Virus record (IMG/VR): IMGVR_UViG_3300034068_000286
Location: 22,544-86,543 of that record
From: a virus
Direction: 5' to 3' (one strand)
Length of the DNA stretch: 64,000 nucleotides
Shown: piece by piece, positions 27,136 to 36,282 of the stretch
Position numbering within the stretch: position 1 is the first letter of the stretch
Layout of the letters: the number at the start of each line of letters is the position of its first letter
Made by a program: the position numbers and the translations under genes
The notes under the pieces: generated by a model
Database searches by the model: none
What the model was told of the DNA's origin: nothing
The model's input: the letters and a program-made list of their open reading frames with translations, nothing else

Positions 27136-27985
27136 ACAGGGTTTCTTTTAAGCTTTCATCATGTTCAATGTTACAACGCCACATTAGTCGTTCGTCTTCG
27201 GCTTTCAAATCCAAGAATGTACGACTATGTACAAATGGCCAGTTGTCATACAGCACCATGTCATTGGGGCTCCAAGTATGCGTGTACACACACTCTGGTA
27301 CAGCCGTCATTGCTTCCATAAGTTCTTCTACAATGCCAGTGCCCATGCTTTTACCGTTCATCTTGGTGTCAATGATCCAAGAGTCTGTTGTCCCGTGAAA
27401 GTTACATCTAGGGCTCCAACGTCCGGTAATTGGTTGCTGTTTCATTGAAGGCCACTCAATAATATCTTTGCCTAAGTGATGCCAATTTTGTTGAATAATA
27501 GTACGCTTCTCCCATCGTGCCCTAAGTTTAGGATGCACTTCAGGATAAGCTTTTTCCATATCTAACCAAACAGTTAAACCTGCTCTAGGATTAGGAACAG
27601 TTTTCATATAGATGATACGATGCGGAAATTGAATGCCGCCGTCAACACGATTGGCAATATCAGCATGCCATGGCATTTCTTTATCACCAAGTCGTACGCT
27701 AATTTTGTTACTAATTGCTGTAATGAATTTTGGTTCTGTTGGGTTATCCGGATCGCTGACTACCTCCCATTTTTCCGTACTGTCGTGATAGTTTTTATTT
27801 GTCCAAGGTTGACCCCATAGCGCACAGAATTTCCAATAGGTTAACTTGTCCCATTCAGGGGCATGAAGTACTATCATCTTTCGATCGTAAAGTAGCTTAC
27901 GTAGTTCACGTGTATCTTGATCAAAAATATCACTCATATCTGTAACTTCGGTGCCCCAATCAGAGAAAATGTTTTTTGTTTGCAT
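27125..27985 (-). CDS. TauD/TfdA-family dioxygenase
   Basis: WHAD, H.W...D..LYDN...HSR, R.MWR. Confidence 0.85.
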   Translation of the reverse strand: MQTKNIFSDWGTEVTDMSDIFDQDTRELRKLLYDRKMIVLHAPEWDKLTYWKFCALWGQPWTNKNYHDSTEKWEVVSDPDNPTEPKFITAISNKISVRLGDKEMPWHADIANRVDGGIQFPHRIIYMKTVPNPRAGLTVWLDMEKAYPEVHPKLRARWEKRTIIQQNWHHLGKDIIEWPSMKQQPITGRWSPRCNFHGTTDSWIIDTKMNGKSMGTGIVEELMEAMTAVPECVYTHTWSPNDMVLYDNWPFVHSRTFLDLKAEDERLMWRCNIEHDESLKETLYGK

Positions 27986-28016
27986 AATTGTATTTACGAC
28001 AGTTTATTTGTTCAGT

Positions 28017-28601
28017 TTATCTTATCAACCACTCTGCTACAGATTGTCCACCTAGTTCGCCTGACAATAGTTTTAATCTTTTCCATAATGGATTGCATAC
28101 TGATCCTTCTCTAACGACTGCTCTACCTAATATTACTACTATTCCCCACTCTTGTCTTTCCCATCTTGGTTCATACACAGGTAAGGTACCGTGTAATTGT
28201 TTATACTCCTCAGACAAAACTTCTCTACGCAAAGGATACCCATTTATCTCTGTCAATCTAACAGCATAGTCAGGTACAGTTATACTGTCTGGAATCCTAT
28301 CAGCCTCATACCAATGTCGGTATCCTTTATCAATCCACTCAATCATAACTTGGTCTTCCCATTGCAAACGCCCGGCAACATCGCGTATGTGTTTTCCATG
28401 CCATTCTTGTGGGCTAGCATTACTCACTGCGGCCACGCTGGTGTTGTCTCCACCAACGACTCCAATGGGTACATCATTGGTCTTTGCTACTCTAATTTTA
28501 TCGCCATTATAAAGTGCCACAGTCAATCCTGTACGATCTTCTTTGTTAGGATTACCATCTTCCCATTCAAACATTTCAGCATAGCCGCTTGCTATTTTCA
28601 T
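28017..28601 (-). CDS. Stand-alone peptidase G2 / intramolecular-chaperone domain protein
   Basis: YAEMFEW.DGNP..EDR.G..V...IGVV...Y.PR.ER.EW..V..LG. Confidence 0.8.
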   Translation of the reverse strand: MKIASGYAEMFEWEDGNPNKEDRTGLTVALYNGDKIRVAKTNDVPIGVVGGDNTSVAAVSNASPQEWHGKHIRDVAGRLQWEDQVMIEWIDKGYRHWYEADRIPDSITVPDYAVRLTEINGYPLRREVLSEEYKQLHGTLPVYEPRWERQEWGIVVILGRAVVREGSVCNPLWKRLKLLSGELGGQSVAEWLIR

Positions 28602-29155
28602 TTGGATTCCAATTTGATTTTTAATTCTTTTAGTACTTCTCGGTAAAGTTCTTCACCTGCTGACACTTGTTCTTTCCAAGTAGTACCTGCGCCTGTATCT
28701 GCAGGGTCGCTGATGTATTTCCATATTTCAATGTCAAGTCCAAGTTTATTTGCTACCTTGGCCACACTATAAGCTTCCATGTCAACCACATCACACTCTA
28801 CTCTAAGCTTCTTGGGCTCTGTAATAAACATATCACCTGACGCACAAGTCTTGCCTACACCGGGCATGATAATCATGCTCTCAGGATCGTTAAAATGTAT
28901 GCCCGGCTTCATGCCAAGTGCCATCAAGTTAACATCATGTTGCCATACTGTATTAATGCGGTGTACTCCGTGGCCCAATCTAATGCCACCTGCTGTACCC
29001 ATGTTGATAATACGCCTGGGATGATACATGTGACACAGTCGCATTGTATTGATTGCTGAGTTTACCTTGCCTACACCAATACAATGCACATTAGAGTATT
29101 CTTTAAAAAGGTTTGGTGCTTCATCTTCTAAAGCAAATACAATTAGATCATTCAT
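28598..29155 (-). CDS. MTA/SAH nucleosidase-like (PNP/UDP family)
   Basis: GVGKVN, INMGTAGG, SGD.F, DMEAY, ISD. Confidence 0.85.
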   Translation of the reverse strand: MNDLIVFALEDEAPNLFKEYSNVHCIGVGKVNSAINTMRLCHMYHPRRIINMGTAGGIRLGHGVHRINTVWQHDVNLMALGMKPGIHFNDPESMIIMPGVGKTCASGDMFITEPKKLRVECDVVDMEAYSVAKVANKLGLDIEIWKYISDPADTGAGTTWKEQVSAGEELYREVLKELKIKLESK

Positions 29156-29699
29156 CTAGTAGTCCATGTACCGTAACACCCTGCTCGGTTAAAAGAGTTT
29201 CGCCACCCAAGAAGGATAGGTTAATTAATACAGCAACTGTCATTGATGAATATGCGATGCCTAAGTTGTTGTGTAACAACTTGCAAATTGCTTCTGCCGT
29301 ACCACCTGTTGCTAGTACATCATCAACAATGAGTACCGGCCTATCACCTACTTCTATGTTTTGTTGTATTTCTAATGTGTCTGTACCATATTCCAACTTG
29401 TAACTTTGACTCCATACATCTCCTGGTAGCTTCCCGGGTTTACGTACAACATTCATTGGCAAGTGTGATTTGATTGATAGTGCCGAACCAAATATGAAAC
29501 CACGAGCATCGGGTGCAAATATTTCTTTGGCAACTGATTGTCTTGCTACCAAAGAAAACCAGTCTATAGCATGTGCAAATGCAATTGGTTGCTTGGCCAG
29601 TTCTACCGTATTCTTGTATGAGACGCCTGTCTTGGGCCAATCTTTATAAACCGGTATTGCATTCTTTACGCTAGATATAATATGAGATGGAATATACAT
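29148..29699 (-). CDS. apt: Adenine phosphoribosyltransferase
   Basis: DARGF, RKPGKLPG, LEYG, VDDVLATGGT. Confidence 0.92.
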   Translation of the reverse strand: MYIPSHIISSVKNAIPVYKDWPKTGVSYKNTVELAKQPIAFAHAIDWFSLVARQSVAKEIFAPDARGFIFGSALSIKSHLPMNVVRKPGKLPGDVWSQSYKLEYGTDTLEIQQNIEVGDRPVLIVDDVLATGGTAEAICKLLHNNLGIAYSSMTVAVLINLSFLGGETLLTEQGVTVHGLLDE

Positions 29700-29755
29700 G
29701 TATGTAATTATACATTTGTCACCTGCTGTGTTTAGTCAAAAGCCCGACGGGCATT

Positions 29756-30454
29756 TTAAATTGCAATCTTGACTCTGGTCAATCGAGTTTCTTGGGCTCC
29801 ATCCCTATCTTGTCCGTGTGCTTTAACAACGGCAACAATGGGAAACTGTTCAGGAGTATCGGGCCACATGTCAATTGTTTTGCTACTGGTCCAAAAGTAT
29901 AGGTTAGTGCCGTCTGTAGCACGAACTACACTACCAGCAAACACTTTGCCTGCAAATTTATTGATTACAGTAACATCGAGTCGAACATGCTGGCCTACAG
30001 CACCTTGGTGAATACTGGTTGCAATAACTTTATTTAGAGTTTCTTGCCGTTGTTCTTTTACAACTTCTTTATGATAGCGGGCACCAAGGCAGGCCATATA
30101 TGCCAGGCCCATGTTAGCGTCAATGTCTTCTTGTGTAATAAAATTCATGATCTTTTGATCAAAGTCATTTGCTTTACCACCTAGCATACTAAATGCAAGC
30201 CCTTGAAAATGCTCTGCCATTTTAGCACCAAGTTCTCTGTCGGCTGTAGTAACATTAGGAAAGCTCAGTGCAACCTGCGTCTTAATAAGTTCGCGATTGG
30301 GGTGCAGTTTAACATTGCCAGTATCTTGATCCATCTCTGGAAACTTGATATACTTTCCTTCGTTGATGCGGTCAGCAAAGGCCACCAAGGCCCACGCATC
30401 TGCAATAGGTAATTTCTGTTCTTTGAGAAAACGCTTTTTTTGTACTTGATCCAT
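29756..30454 (-). CDS. Hypothetical protein with C-terminal OB-like domain
   Basis: GAGG RBS before ATG 30454; ends VKAH...TRLTRVK. Confidence 0.65.
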   Translation of the reverse strand: MDQVQKKRFLKEQKLPIADAWALVAFADRINEGKYIKFPEMDQDTGNVKLHPNRELIKTQVALSFPNVTTADRELGAKMAEHFQGLAFSMLGGKANDFDQKIMNFITQEDIDANMGLAYMACLGARYHKEVVKEQRQETLNKVIATSIHQGAVGQHVRLDVTVINKFAGKVFAGSVVRATDGTNLYFWTSSKTIDMWPDTPEQFPIVAVVKAHGQDRDGAQETRLTRVKIAI

Positions 30455-30461
30455 GGTGTCC

Positions 30462-30656
30462 TCAAAAGGCAAAAGTTCTAATCCAATCAAAACGAGTGCT
30501 AGCAGGCACCCACTTGAATTGTTCTTTCTTACGTTCGGGCTTTTCAAAGTCCATGCAAACCATTACCCAACCACGTTCTGTGGAGAACGGAACTGTGTCA
30601 GCAACACGAATGACTTCGACTAACCTATCTTTCATTCTTGCTATAGTAATGGTCAC
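30462..30656 (-). CDS. Hypothetical protein
   Basis: 64 aa; AGGAGG RBS. Confidence 0.6.
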   Translation of the reverse strand: MTITIARMKDRLVEVIRVADTVPFSTERGWVMVCMDFEKPERKKEQFKWVPASTRFDWIRTFAF

Positions 30657-30665
30657 GATGACCTC

Positions 30666-31049
30666 CTATATTAACTTTTCATATTCCAAACTGACACTCT
30701 CCGAGTAGTAGCCGTTTGACTCACCTAACCAGCGAACATCAACCCAACCTTTGAAGGTTGCAAATTTGTAGAAAGTCCATGTAGACGATTCATACGACTC
30801 GTGGTCAGCAGGAATCTCACCAGACACTTCGTCTGCTATCAAAATTGGTGTGTTTGCCAGATCCTCTATGTCACCGACAATGTCATAGATTTCAACGGAC
30901 TCACAACAATCTTGCTCGTGTAAAAACACAAACCGCTCAGTGGCGTTTTCAAAAATCATTTCACGACCAGTGCTGGTCACTGAAGTGAATACTTTGCCTA
31001 TCATGTTGGCTAGGCCTTCTTTGGTTCCAATTACGTTATCATATGACAT
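30666..31049 (-). CDS. Conserved phage hypothetical protein
   Basis: HEQDCCESV...TWTFY...T.KG....RW.GESNGYYSE. Confidence 0.8.
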   Translation of the reverse strand: MSYDNVIGTKEGLANMIGKVFTSVTSTGREMIFENATERFVFLHEQDCCESVEIYDIVGDIEDLANTPILIADEVSGEIPADHESYESSTWTFYKFATFKGWVDVRWLGESNGYYSESVSLEYEKLI

Positions 31050-31163
31050 TTTAAGATCCTTACTAAAATAGATTGGCTGGGCTAGGCCCATTTAATGTTT
31101 CGTGCTTGCCTTTTTGCTTTCGCGTAGCTTGCGTTTTGAAACAACCTTAATTAACCGTTGCCC

Positions 31164-31221
31164 CATCTAAGTGCCCCAGTGCTCTGGGGCTTTACCGCTG
31201 TTCCTCAAGCGGACTTAAATG
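31164..31221 (-). ncRNA. Candidate three-way-junction structured RNA in an early leader
   Basis: 9-bp, 5-bp and 7-bp helices in a GC-rich non-coding island. Confidence 0.4.
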
Positions 31222-31259
31222 CTCTTTACTTCAACAACCTTATTTCTTACTATGTGTTT

Positions 31260-31329
31260 ATTATACTGGATCTGGACTAATTGGGCAACCGTTTTTTGGG
31301 AAAAGTTGTTGTATTTTTACAACAACTTT
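31260..31329 (-). promoter_or_regulatory. Sigma70 early promoter with extended GTTG-N8-CAAC palindrome
   Basis: TTGCCC-N17-TATAAT (31288-31260); AAAGTTGTTGTA-tttt-TACAACAACTTT 31302-31329. Confidence 0.75.
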
Positions 31330-31331
31330 GC

Positions 31332-31616
31332 TTACTTTTTAGGCAAATCTTTTGCCATCTCGAACCACCGTGTAGCTTGTTTATAGTTAAAATTTGGGTG
31401 TCTGTACATGTAATCTCGTTTGCGCTCTGCCGCCTCTAATGCATCTAGCATACGCATTTTATCGTTAAATGGTAATGCCATTAACACTTTATTCATATCT
31501 GTAATGTCTAGCATATACTCTACCCATTTTTCCGTAGCTTTTATATTATAAAAACTCCCATATGCTTTACGATTATTGGCACTTGTATATTTGCTTATAA
31601 AGTTTTTAGCTTGCAT
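31332..31616 (-). CDS. Hypothetical protein
   Basis: AAGGAG RBS; promoter TTGACA-N17-TATACT 31665-31637. Confidence 0.7.
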   Translation of the reverse strand: MQAKNFISKYTSANNRKAYGSFYNIKATEKWVEYMLDITDMNKVLMALPFNDKMRMLDALEAAERKRDYMYRHPNFNYKQATRWFEMAKDLPKK

Positions 31617-31704
31617 ACTTTCTCCTTTAATTAAACAGTATAACACAAACTGGCTCACCTGTCAAGGTACGCTGTTGCATTTTTACAACACTAAATATTT
31701 CACT

Positions 31705-32373
31705 ATGAACCCTAGCATACTTGATCCGCTTACAGAAGAACAGCGGCTGGCATTGATTTCTTGCTTTGAAAATAACAGCCAAATAAAAATTCTACCACAA
31801 CGCAAGTTTGCGCTTGACTTAGAACCTGCACTAGAAATTGTCAAGCCCATCATCGACGGCGTACTTGGCGAAGGCACATGGGAAGTTACTGGTGGCAACT
31901 TTTTTGAAACTGAAACAGGATATCGTGTTCATGCTGATACAGGCAAAGAAGGCCCTGAACGTGTGTTACAGACTTTTGTTTTTCCACTGCGGCAGGAACT
32001 ACGTGACGACATTCCTGTAAGATTAGAGCGAAATAGATTTTTGGTTTTAAACCAAACCTGGTCTGGTGATGCGGCATTCTTCCTACGTGGTGAAACTGTA
32101 GAGCCCAACGAATATAATCAGGTCATAACAGATTATCAAGATGTTGAAAACTTAGATGATATAGAAACACTAGACGGCATACTACTAGATCATTGTCCTC
32201 ACTTGAACATTAAAAACTTTGCTGGCCTTACCGTGGATAAGCACTGGCAGTGGATTCCTGGCATCCCAATGACTTTCCCTCGCAATCGTTTACATGTTAG
32301 CAGTGCGTTTCCACGTAATGGAATTAAACGCAAATTAGGTTTAAGTATTTTTACTTCACGCCTGGGTCAGTAA
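31705..32373 (+). CDS. Putative 2OG-Fe(II) oxygenase-like protein
   Basis: VHAD ... RLH.S...K; TAAATA box 31692-31697. Confidence 0.6.
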   Translation: MNPSILDPLTEEQRLALISCFENNSQIKILPQRKFALDLEPALEIVKPIIDGVLGEGTWEVTGGNFFETETGYRVHADTGKEGPERVLQTFVFPLRQELRDDIPVRLERNRFLVLNQTWSGDAAFFLRGETVEPNEYNQVITDYQDVENLDDIETLDGILLDHCPHLNIKNFAGLTVDKHWQWIPGIPMTFPRNRLHVSSAFPRNGIKRKLGLSIFTSRLGQ

Positions 32374-32998
32374 ATTCTAACTGGCTCAGTGCCCACTCTC
32401 GTTCCTTGCAGTTGTAACATTCTCCGCATCGACCTACTGTAAGTGCGGTACACGAATGAGTAAGTTCAATTAGCGGCCATACATCAAATATGTCGTACAG
32501 ACTTAGTGTATGACGTTTATCAACCAAAGCAAAGGGACACGTAGTACCAGGCAACTCTACACTGGCAGGTCGACTGGGATATTCACCGGGCAATTCAATT
32601 AGTGCTCGATCAGGGTGTGCTTGACTACCATAAAAAATATGTTCAATTCCATATTTTGTTCTTGCTTCATGCTCACCAGTGCGACCTTGTTGACTGTGGT
32701 GTACTGTTGGGTCTCCGACTTTGATGGGATCGGATAATTGTTCAATGGTAAGATTAAGTTGATTTCTAACCCACTCTACAATAGGTTTAACATAATCCCA
32801 TGCGCCGTCAGGACGGGCAACAGTGAACGGAATAATTTCTTGTGTACTCTTATCCATCCTACGCTCTAAGCAGACTAGATACAGTAGCACCGCAGAATCT
32901 GCACCGCCGCTTAACATTACTCCAATTCGTTGCTTGCCTTCAGGTAGCTTGATGTCTACCTGTTTGATAAAATCATTTTTGCCTACTGTAATTCTCAT
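32351..32998 (-). CDS. QueC-like PP-loop ATPase (7-cyano-7-deazaguanine synthase-like)
   Basis: LSGGADSA PP-loop; THSC...CGECYNCKER. Confidence 0.75.
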   Translation of the reverse strand: MRITVGKNDFIKQVDIKLPEGKQRIGVMLSGGADSAVLLYLVCLERRMDKSTQEIIPFTVARPDGAWDYVKPIVEWVRNQLNLTIEQLSDPIKVGDPTVHHSQQGRTGEHEARTKYGIEHIFYGSQAHPDRALIELPGEYPSRPASVELPGTTCPFALVDKRHTLSLYDIFDVWPLIELTHSCTALTVGRCGECYNCKEREWALSQLEFTDPGVK

Positions 32999-32999
32999 C

Positions 33000-33758
33000 T
33001 TAGTGCCTATGTTGTAAATGTTTTAGTACCTTGTCAACGTTTGCTGGTGTAAACGGTACATTAAGAATTAGATGCCAGCTATCATTGACCCAAGATATAG
33101 TGCGATGTGTCATGCGAGTGTTTACATAGTAAACCCTACCTAGTTCAATGTTTGCTTTACGTTCATCCATCCACCAGTCATAATCCAGTGGCCCACAATT
33201 CTTTAAAAATGCCACCAATCTAAAACAAGGACGCGGTAGGCCAGGATGGTCTCGATGCGGGACAAAGTATCCACCGATGCCTGAATTAATTAAAAATGTT
33301 CTTCCAAGGGGATTCCATTCATCTAAAAATCCTTTAAGGCTTGTTAGCCCTGGACTTGCTCTATCGCAATCGTTGTATAGTTGTGTGGGGTTACAGAATT
33401 CTTCTTCGTTTGGTGTACGACCAAGTTTGTTTGTTGCTTCTGGTATACTGGGTGCTTGGCGATGATCCCATCCGTCAATTGTTGTCAAGGTCATTGACCT
33501 GCGATTGTTTGGCCGGTCAGTTCGGGGCAAATAATCTACCCAATCACTGCTGTATTTTTCGTTAATGACACTTTCAATGCCAAATGTATCCAGCTTCCAA
33601 TCCAATGGTTCAAAGTTTCCAATTTGACTTAATGCCAGTTCAGATGCCACAGCGCCTGGCATTTGTTGCAGTCTATCAAAATTAAGTCCTTGGCGACTTC
33701 CGCTAACACCTGCGCCTTGCACAGCGTTGGGATTGTTTTGATTGAATATGTTTGTCAT
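33000..33758 (-). CDS. 2OG-Fe(II) oxygenase-like protein
   Basis: GGYF.PHRD...FRL...YYVNT..TH. Confidence 0.75.
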   Translation of the reverse strand: MTNIFNQNNPNAVQGAGVSGSRQGLNFDRLQQMPGAVASELALSQIGNFEPLDWKLDTFGIESVINEKYSSDWVDYLPRTDRPNNRRSMTLTTIDGWDHRQAPSIPEATNKLGRTPNEEEFCNPTQLYNDCDRASPGLTSLKGFLDEWNPLGRTFLINSGIGGYFVPHRDHPGLPRPCFRLVAFLKNCGPLDYDWWMDERKANIELGRVYYVNTRMTHRTISWVNDSWHLILNVPFTPANVDKVLKHLQHRH

Positions 33759-33807
33759 GCAAATAGTTATCTACTGTATGATAACCCTGCATCGTCTAAT
33801 TCCGTTG

Positions 33808-34257
33808 TTATGGAATTTTTTTAGTTTGTACCTTGTCTAGTCTATAGTGTTTCATTCTATAGCATCTACTGAGTGTGATGTTATAGTTTGCCAACTGGTT
33901 TCGCCATAAAAAGAATTGAGGACCATGTGTCATATTATCGTTGGTCAACCATTCCCATTGATGTACCATTTCATGCGCCATGGTGTTGATGAATAATCGT
34001 TTGCTCAAGAAGCTTTTGTTGATTTTCATTTTACATTTGGTTTGATCACCAAGTACACCCTGACACTCGCCCCAGAATGCTTTGGTATAAACTAGTCTAA
34101 AACTAGGCATTTTGAGTTCGTTGTTAAAAACATTGCGATTAATGTTTCTAAATGCTTCCCTACAATCAGCAATCGTAGGTCTAAACTTAGCATCATGCTC
34201 ATCAAAGCTTTGAACCATCTTAAATAATTTGGTTCTAGTAATATCCTTCTTGCCCAT
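33808..34257 (-). CDS. SprT-like zinc metalloprotease
   Basis: TMAHEMVHQW...HG..F. Confidence 0.85.
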   Translation of the reverse strand: MGKKDITRTKLFKMVQSFDEHDAKFRPTIADCREAFRNINRNVFNNELKMPSFRLVYTKAFWGECQGVLGDQTKCKMKINKSFLSKRLFINTMAHEMVHQWEWLTNDNMTHGPQFFLWRNQLANYNITLSRCYRMKHYRLDKVQTKKIP

Positions 34258-34354
34258 TGGATAAAAGCCCCATGTTGTTACTCTTAGCGAGTAGTATATT
34301 TATTGATGACCTACTTTAGTTTAAACACCAGTTGCTTGCGTAATAACTACTTAC

Positions 34355-35269
34355 TTAACTGCTTATTAACTTGATGCCTTCAATGATGTCCCCATCTACT
34401 AACATGTCTAGCGGATGCTTTACTCCGGCAAATTTGTTAGTATTCCAAACTTTGAAGTTTTCGTTATAATGCCACCAGGGGCTAATGCCTAACATCAAGT
34501 GTATACGTGGGGGTGCGGTACGAGTTCGAGCATACGCACGATGCAGAGTATTTGTGTCCCATGAATATGCATGTCCTGCTTCTAAATGTAAAGGGTTGTA
34601 ACCTTCTTGTTCCAGGACATAGTCAGGGTGAGTAACTAGCGGAATGTTAATTCGCAAATTTGTTGTCATTGGTTCGTCTTTATGCCATGTAACTCCTGCA
34701 TATTTGTCATCTCCAACTGGTCCTTCTTGTTCTGCATATATGATACGAATAGCTGTTCTAACCATGGTACATTTAAAAGAATCTAAGAATGTACCCAATG
34801 ATTTAAAGCGACTAGCCGGTGTTCTTGTAGCAAACCCAAATGTATCATAGTGGGTATTTCTTTTAACACTTGGCATATTTTCATTGGAATACGTAGAGTA
34901 AGGATTTGATACTCCTATCGTGCCAGGATTGTGATTTCCTTGTACCTGTTGATGTACGTCACCGCTGTTACCATCAATATGATCAGGATTGTATGTTAGA
35001 CCCATACCACCATAACTCATATCCATGTGTCCTTCTCCTAATAATCTATAATTCCATTGACCAAATGTCAGTAATGCTTCGTGTGTATCATCAACTAGTT
35101 GTTGAAAATTTACCGACTCGGGCAATTGAAATTTTAAAAGAGGCGCATATTCTCTTGAAGGTGGTGCATATAACTCTGACTTGTTAATTTTAAATGGTGT
35201 TAATGAGTCAAAATAATTTGCTCTAGTTTCTGTCAATGGTGCTTTATCTGTTTCTCTAACAATAATCAT
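34355..35269 (-). CDS. 2OG-Fe(II) oxygenase-like protein
   Basis: WHKDE...RINIPL...WDT..LH...RIHL. Confidence 0.75.
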   Translation of the reverse strand: MIIVRETDKAPLTETRANYFDSLTPFKINKSELYAPPSREYAPLLKFQLPESVNFQQLVDDTHEALLTFGQWNYRLLGEGHMDMSYGGMGLTYNPDHIDGNSGDVHQQVQGNHNPGTIGVSNPYSTYSNENMPSVKRNTHYDTFGFATRTPASRFKSLGTFLDSFKCTMVRTAIRIIYAEQEGPVGDDKYAGVTWHKDEPMTTNLRINIPLVTHPDYVLEQEGYNPLHLEAGHAYSWDTNTLHRAYARTRTAPPRIHLMLGISPWWHYNENFKVWNTNKFAGVKHPLDMLVDGDIIEGIKLISS

Positions 35270-36252
35270 TTTGTAATCCAATCTTTGTATTTTTCATAAC
35301 TTGGCTCTAATGCTTTGAGCCATTCTGTAATCTTTGGTCTACCCTTAACTGCCATAATAATCTTTGGCTTGGCTAGATCGGCGCCGTGCATGAATGCGCC
35401 GTTGTTGAATACAAATGTATTTGTGTCTGGTGGTAATTCTACATAAGTTCTATTTTTCATAGGAACTCGTTCTGCACTAACACCATATGCCGCACCTGTT
35501 CTTACTGTGATAGGTTTAGGGTCATAATCTGCTGTGCGTTCTGGCCAGCGACTTATCCAGAATGTAGGGCCATCGTTGGTGTCCCAAATCATAATACGCA
35601 GGCTATCAGGCCACGGATAAATGACTGCGTCTGGATCTATGTGTGGAGTCACCTCATTAATGTTTGACCAAAGTACAACCTTTTCAATACTGTGGAAAGG
35701 CAAGCAGTCAAAAATCTGTTGGAACATTTTAGGAAAGTGTCCTGTCCAATCATCCACCACTGTGTTTTTATAGTTAAATTTAGTATGGTCTACTTCCGGG
35801 TGCAGGAAGCAACATAAGCCTTTCCAGAACTGTGTCTCTGCTTGACCACGAGTGATGTCAGCTTGCTTTTCATTCCATAGCTTCCAAAACAAATCCCAGT
35901 CATCTGGTTCAATTTTAGGTATATCAAGTGGCACCCATTTGATAGGAGTCCATTTTTCGTCAACCAAGGCAATCTCAGGCCATGCCGCAGGACTAATGCG
36001 ACTTAAAAAGTCAACGTTGGTATCGGGCATGTGTACTACCCTGGCACCCAATCTAATCCATTCATGCCATGGACTACGACCGTTCATTAAATGCATTGCT
36101 GAATGTATATCAAGCACAACCCATTCTCCTGGATGTTGATCAGCTGGCAATGATTCTCCTGCTGGCAGTGTTAAGGTTCGGCCTGTTAGTCGATTAGTGC
36201 GCCAATTTACATGGGCTACTATTGTTACTTTCGGTGGTGTAATGGGGTTCAT
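35266..36252 (-). CDS. 2OG-Fe(II) oxygenase-like protein
   Basis: PHID...SLRI...NTFVFNN...HG. Confidence 0.65.
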   Translation of the reverse strand: MNPITPPKVTIVAHVNWRTNRLTGRTLTLPAGESLPADQHPGEWVVLDIHSAMHLMNGRSPWHEWIRLGARVVHMPDTNVDFLSRISPAAWPEIALVDEKWTPIKWVPLDIPKIEPDDWDLFWKLWNEKQADITRGQAETQFWKGLCCFLHPEVDHTKFNYKNTVVDDWTGHFPKMFQQIFDCLPFHSIEKVVLWSNINEVTPHIDPDAVIYPWPDSLRIMIWDTNDGPTFWISRWPERTADYDPKPITVRTGAAYGVSAERVPMKNRTYVELPPDTNTFVFNNGAFMHGADLAKPKIIMAVKGRPKITEWLKALEPSYEKYKDWITK

Positions 36253-36282
36253 AATAGTAATTATGATTGCAAACCCGCTATG

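Noticed and set aside
31164-31221. Hammerhead ribozyme or tRNA
   Set aside because: No CUGANGA/GAAA core at the junctions; no cloverleaf or T-loop.
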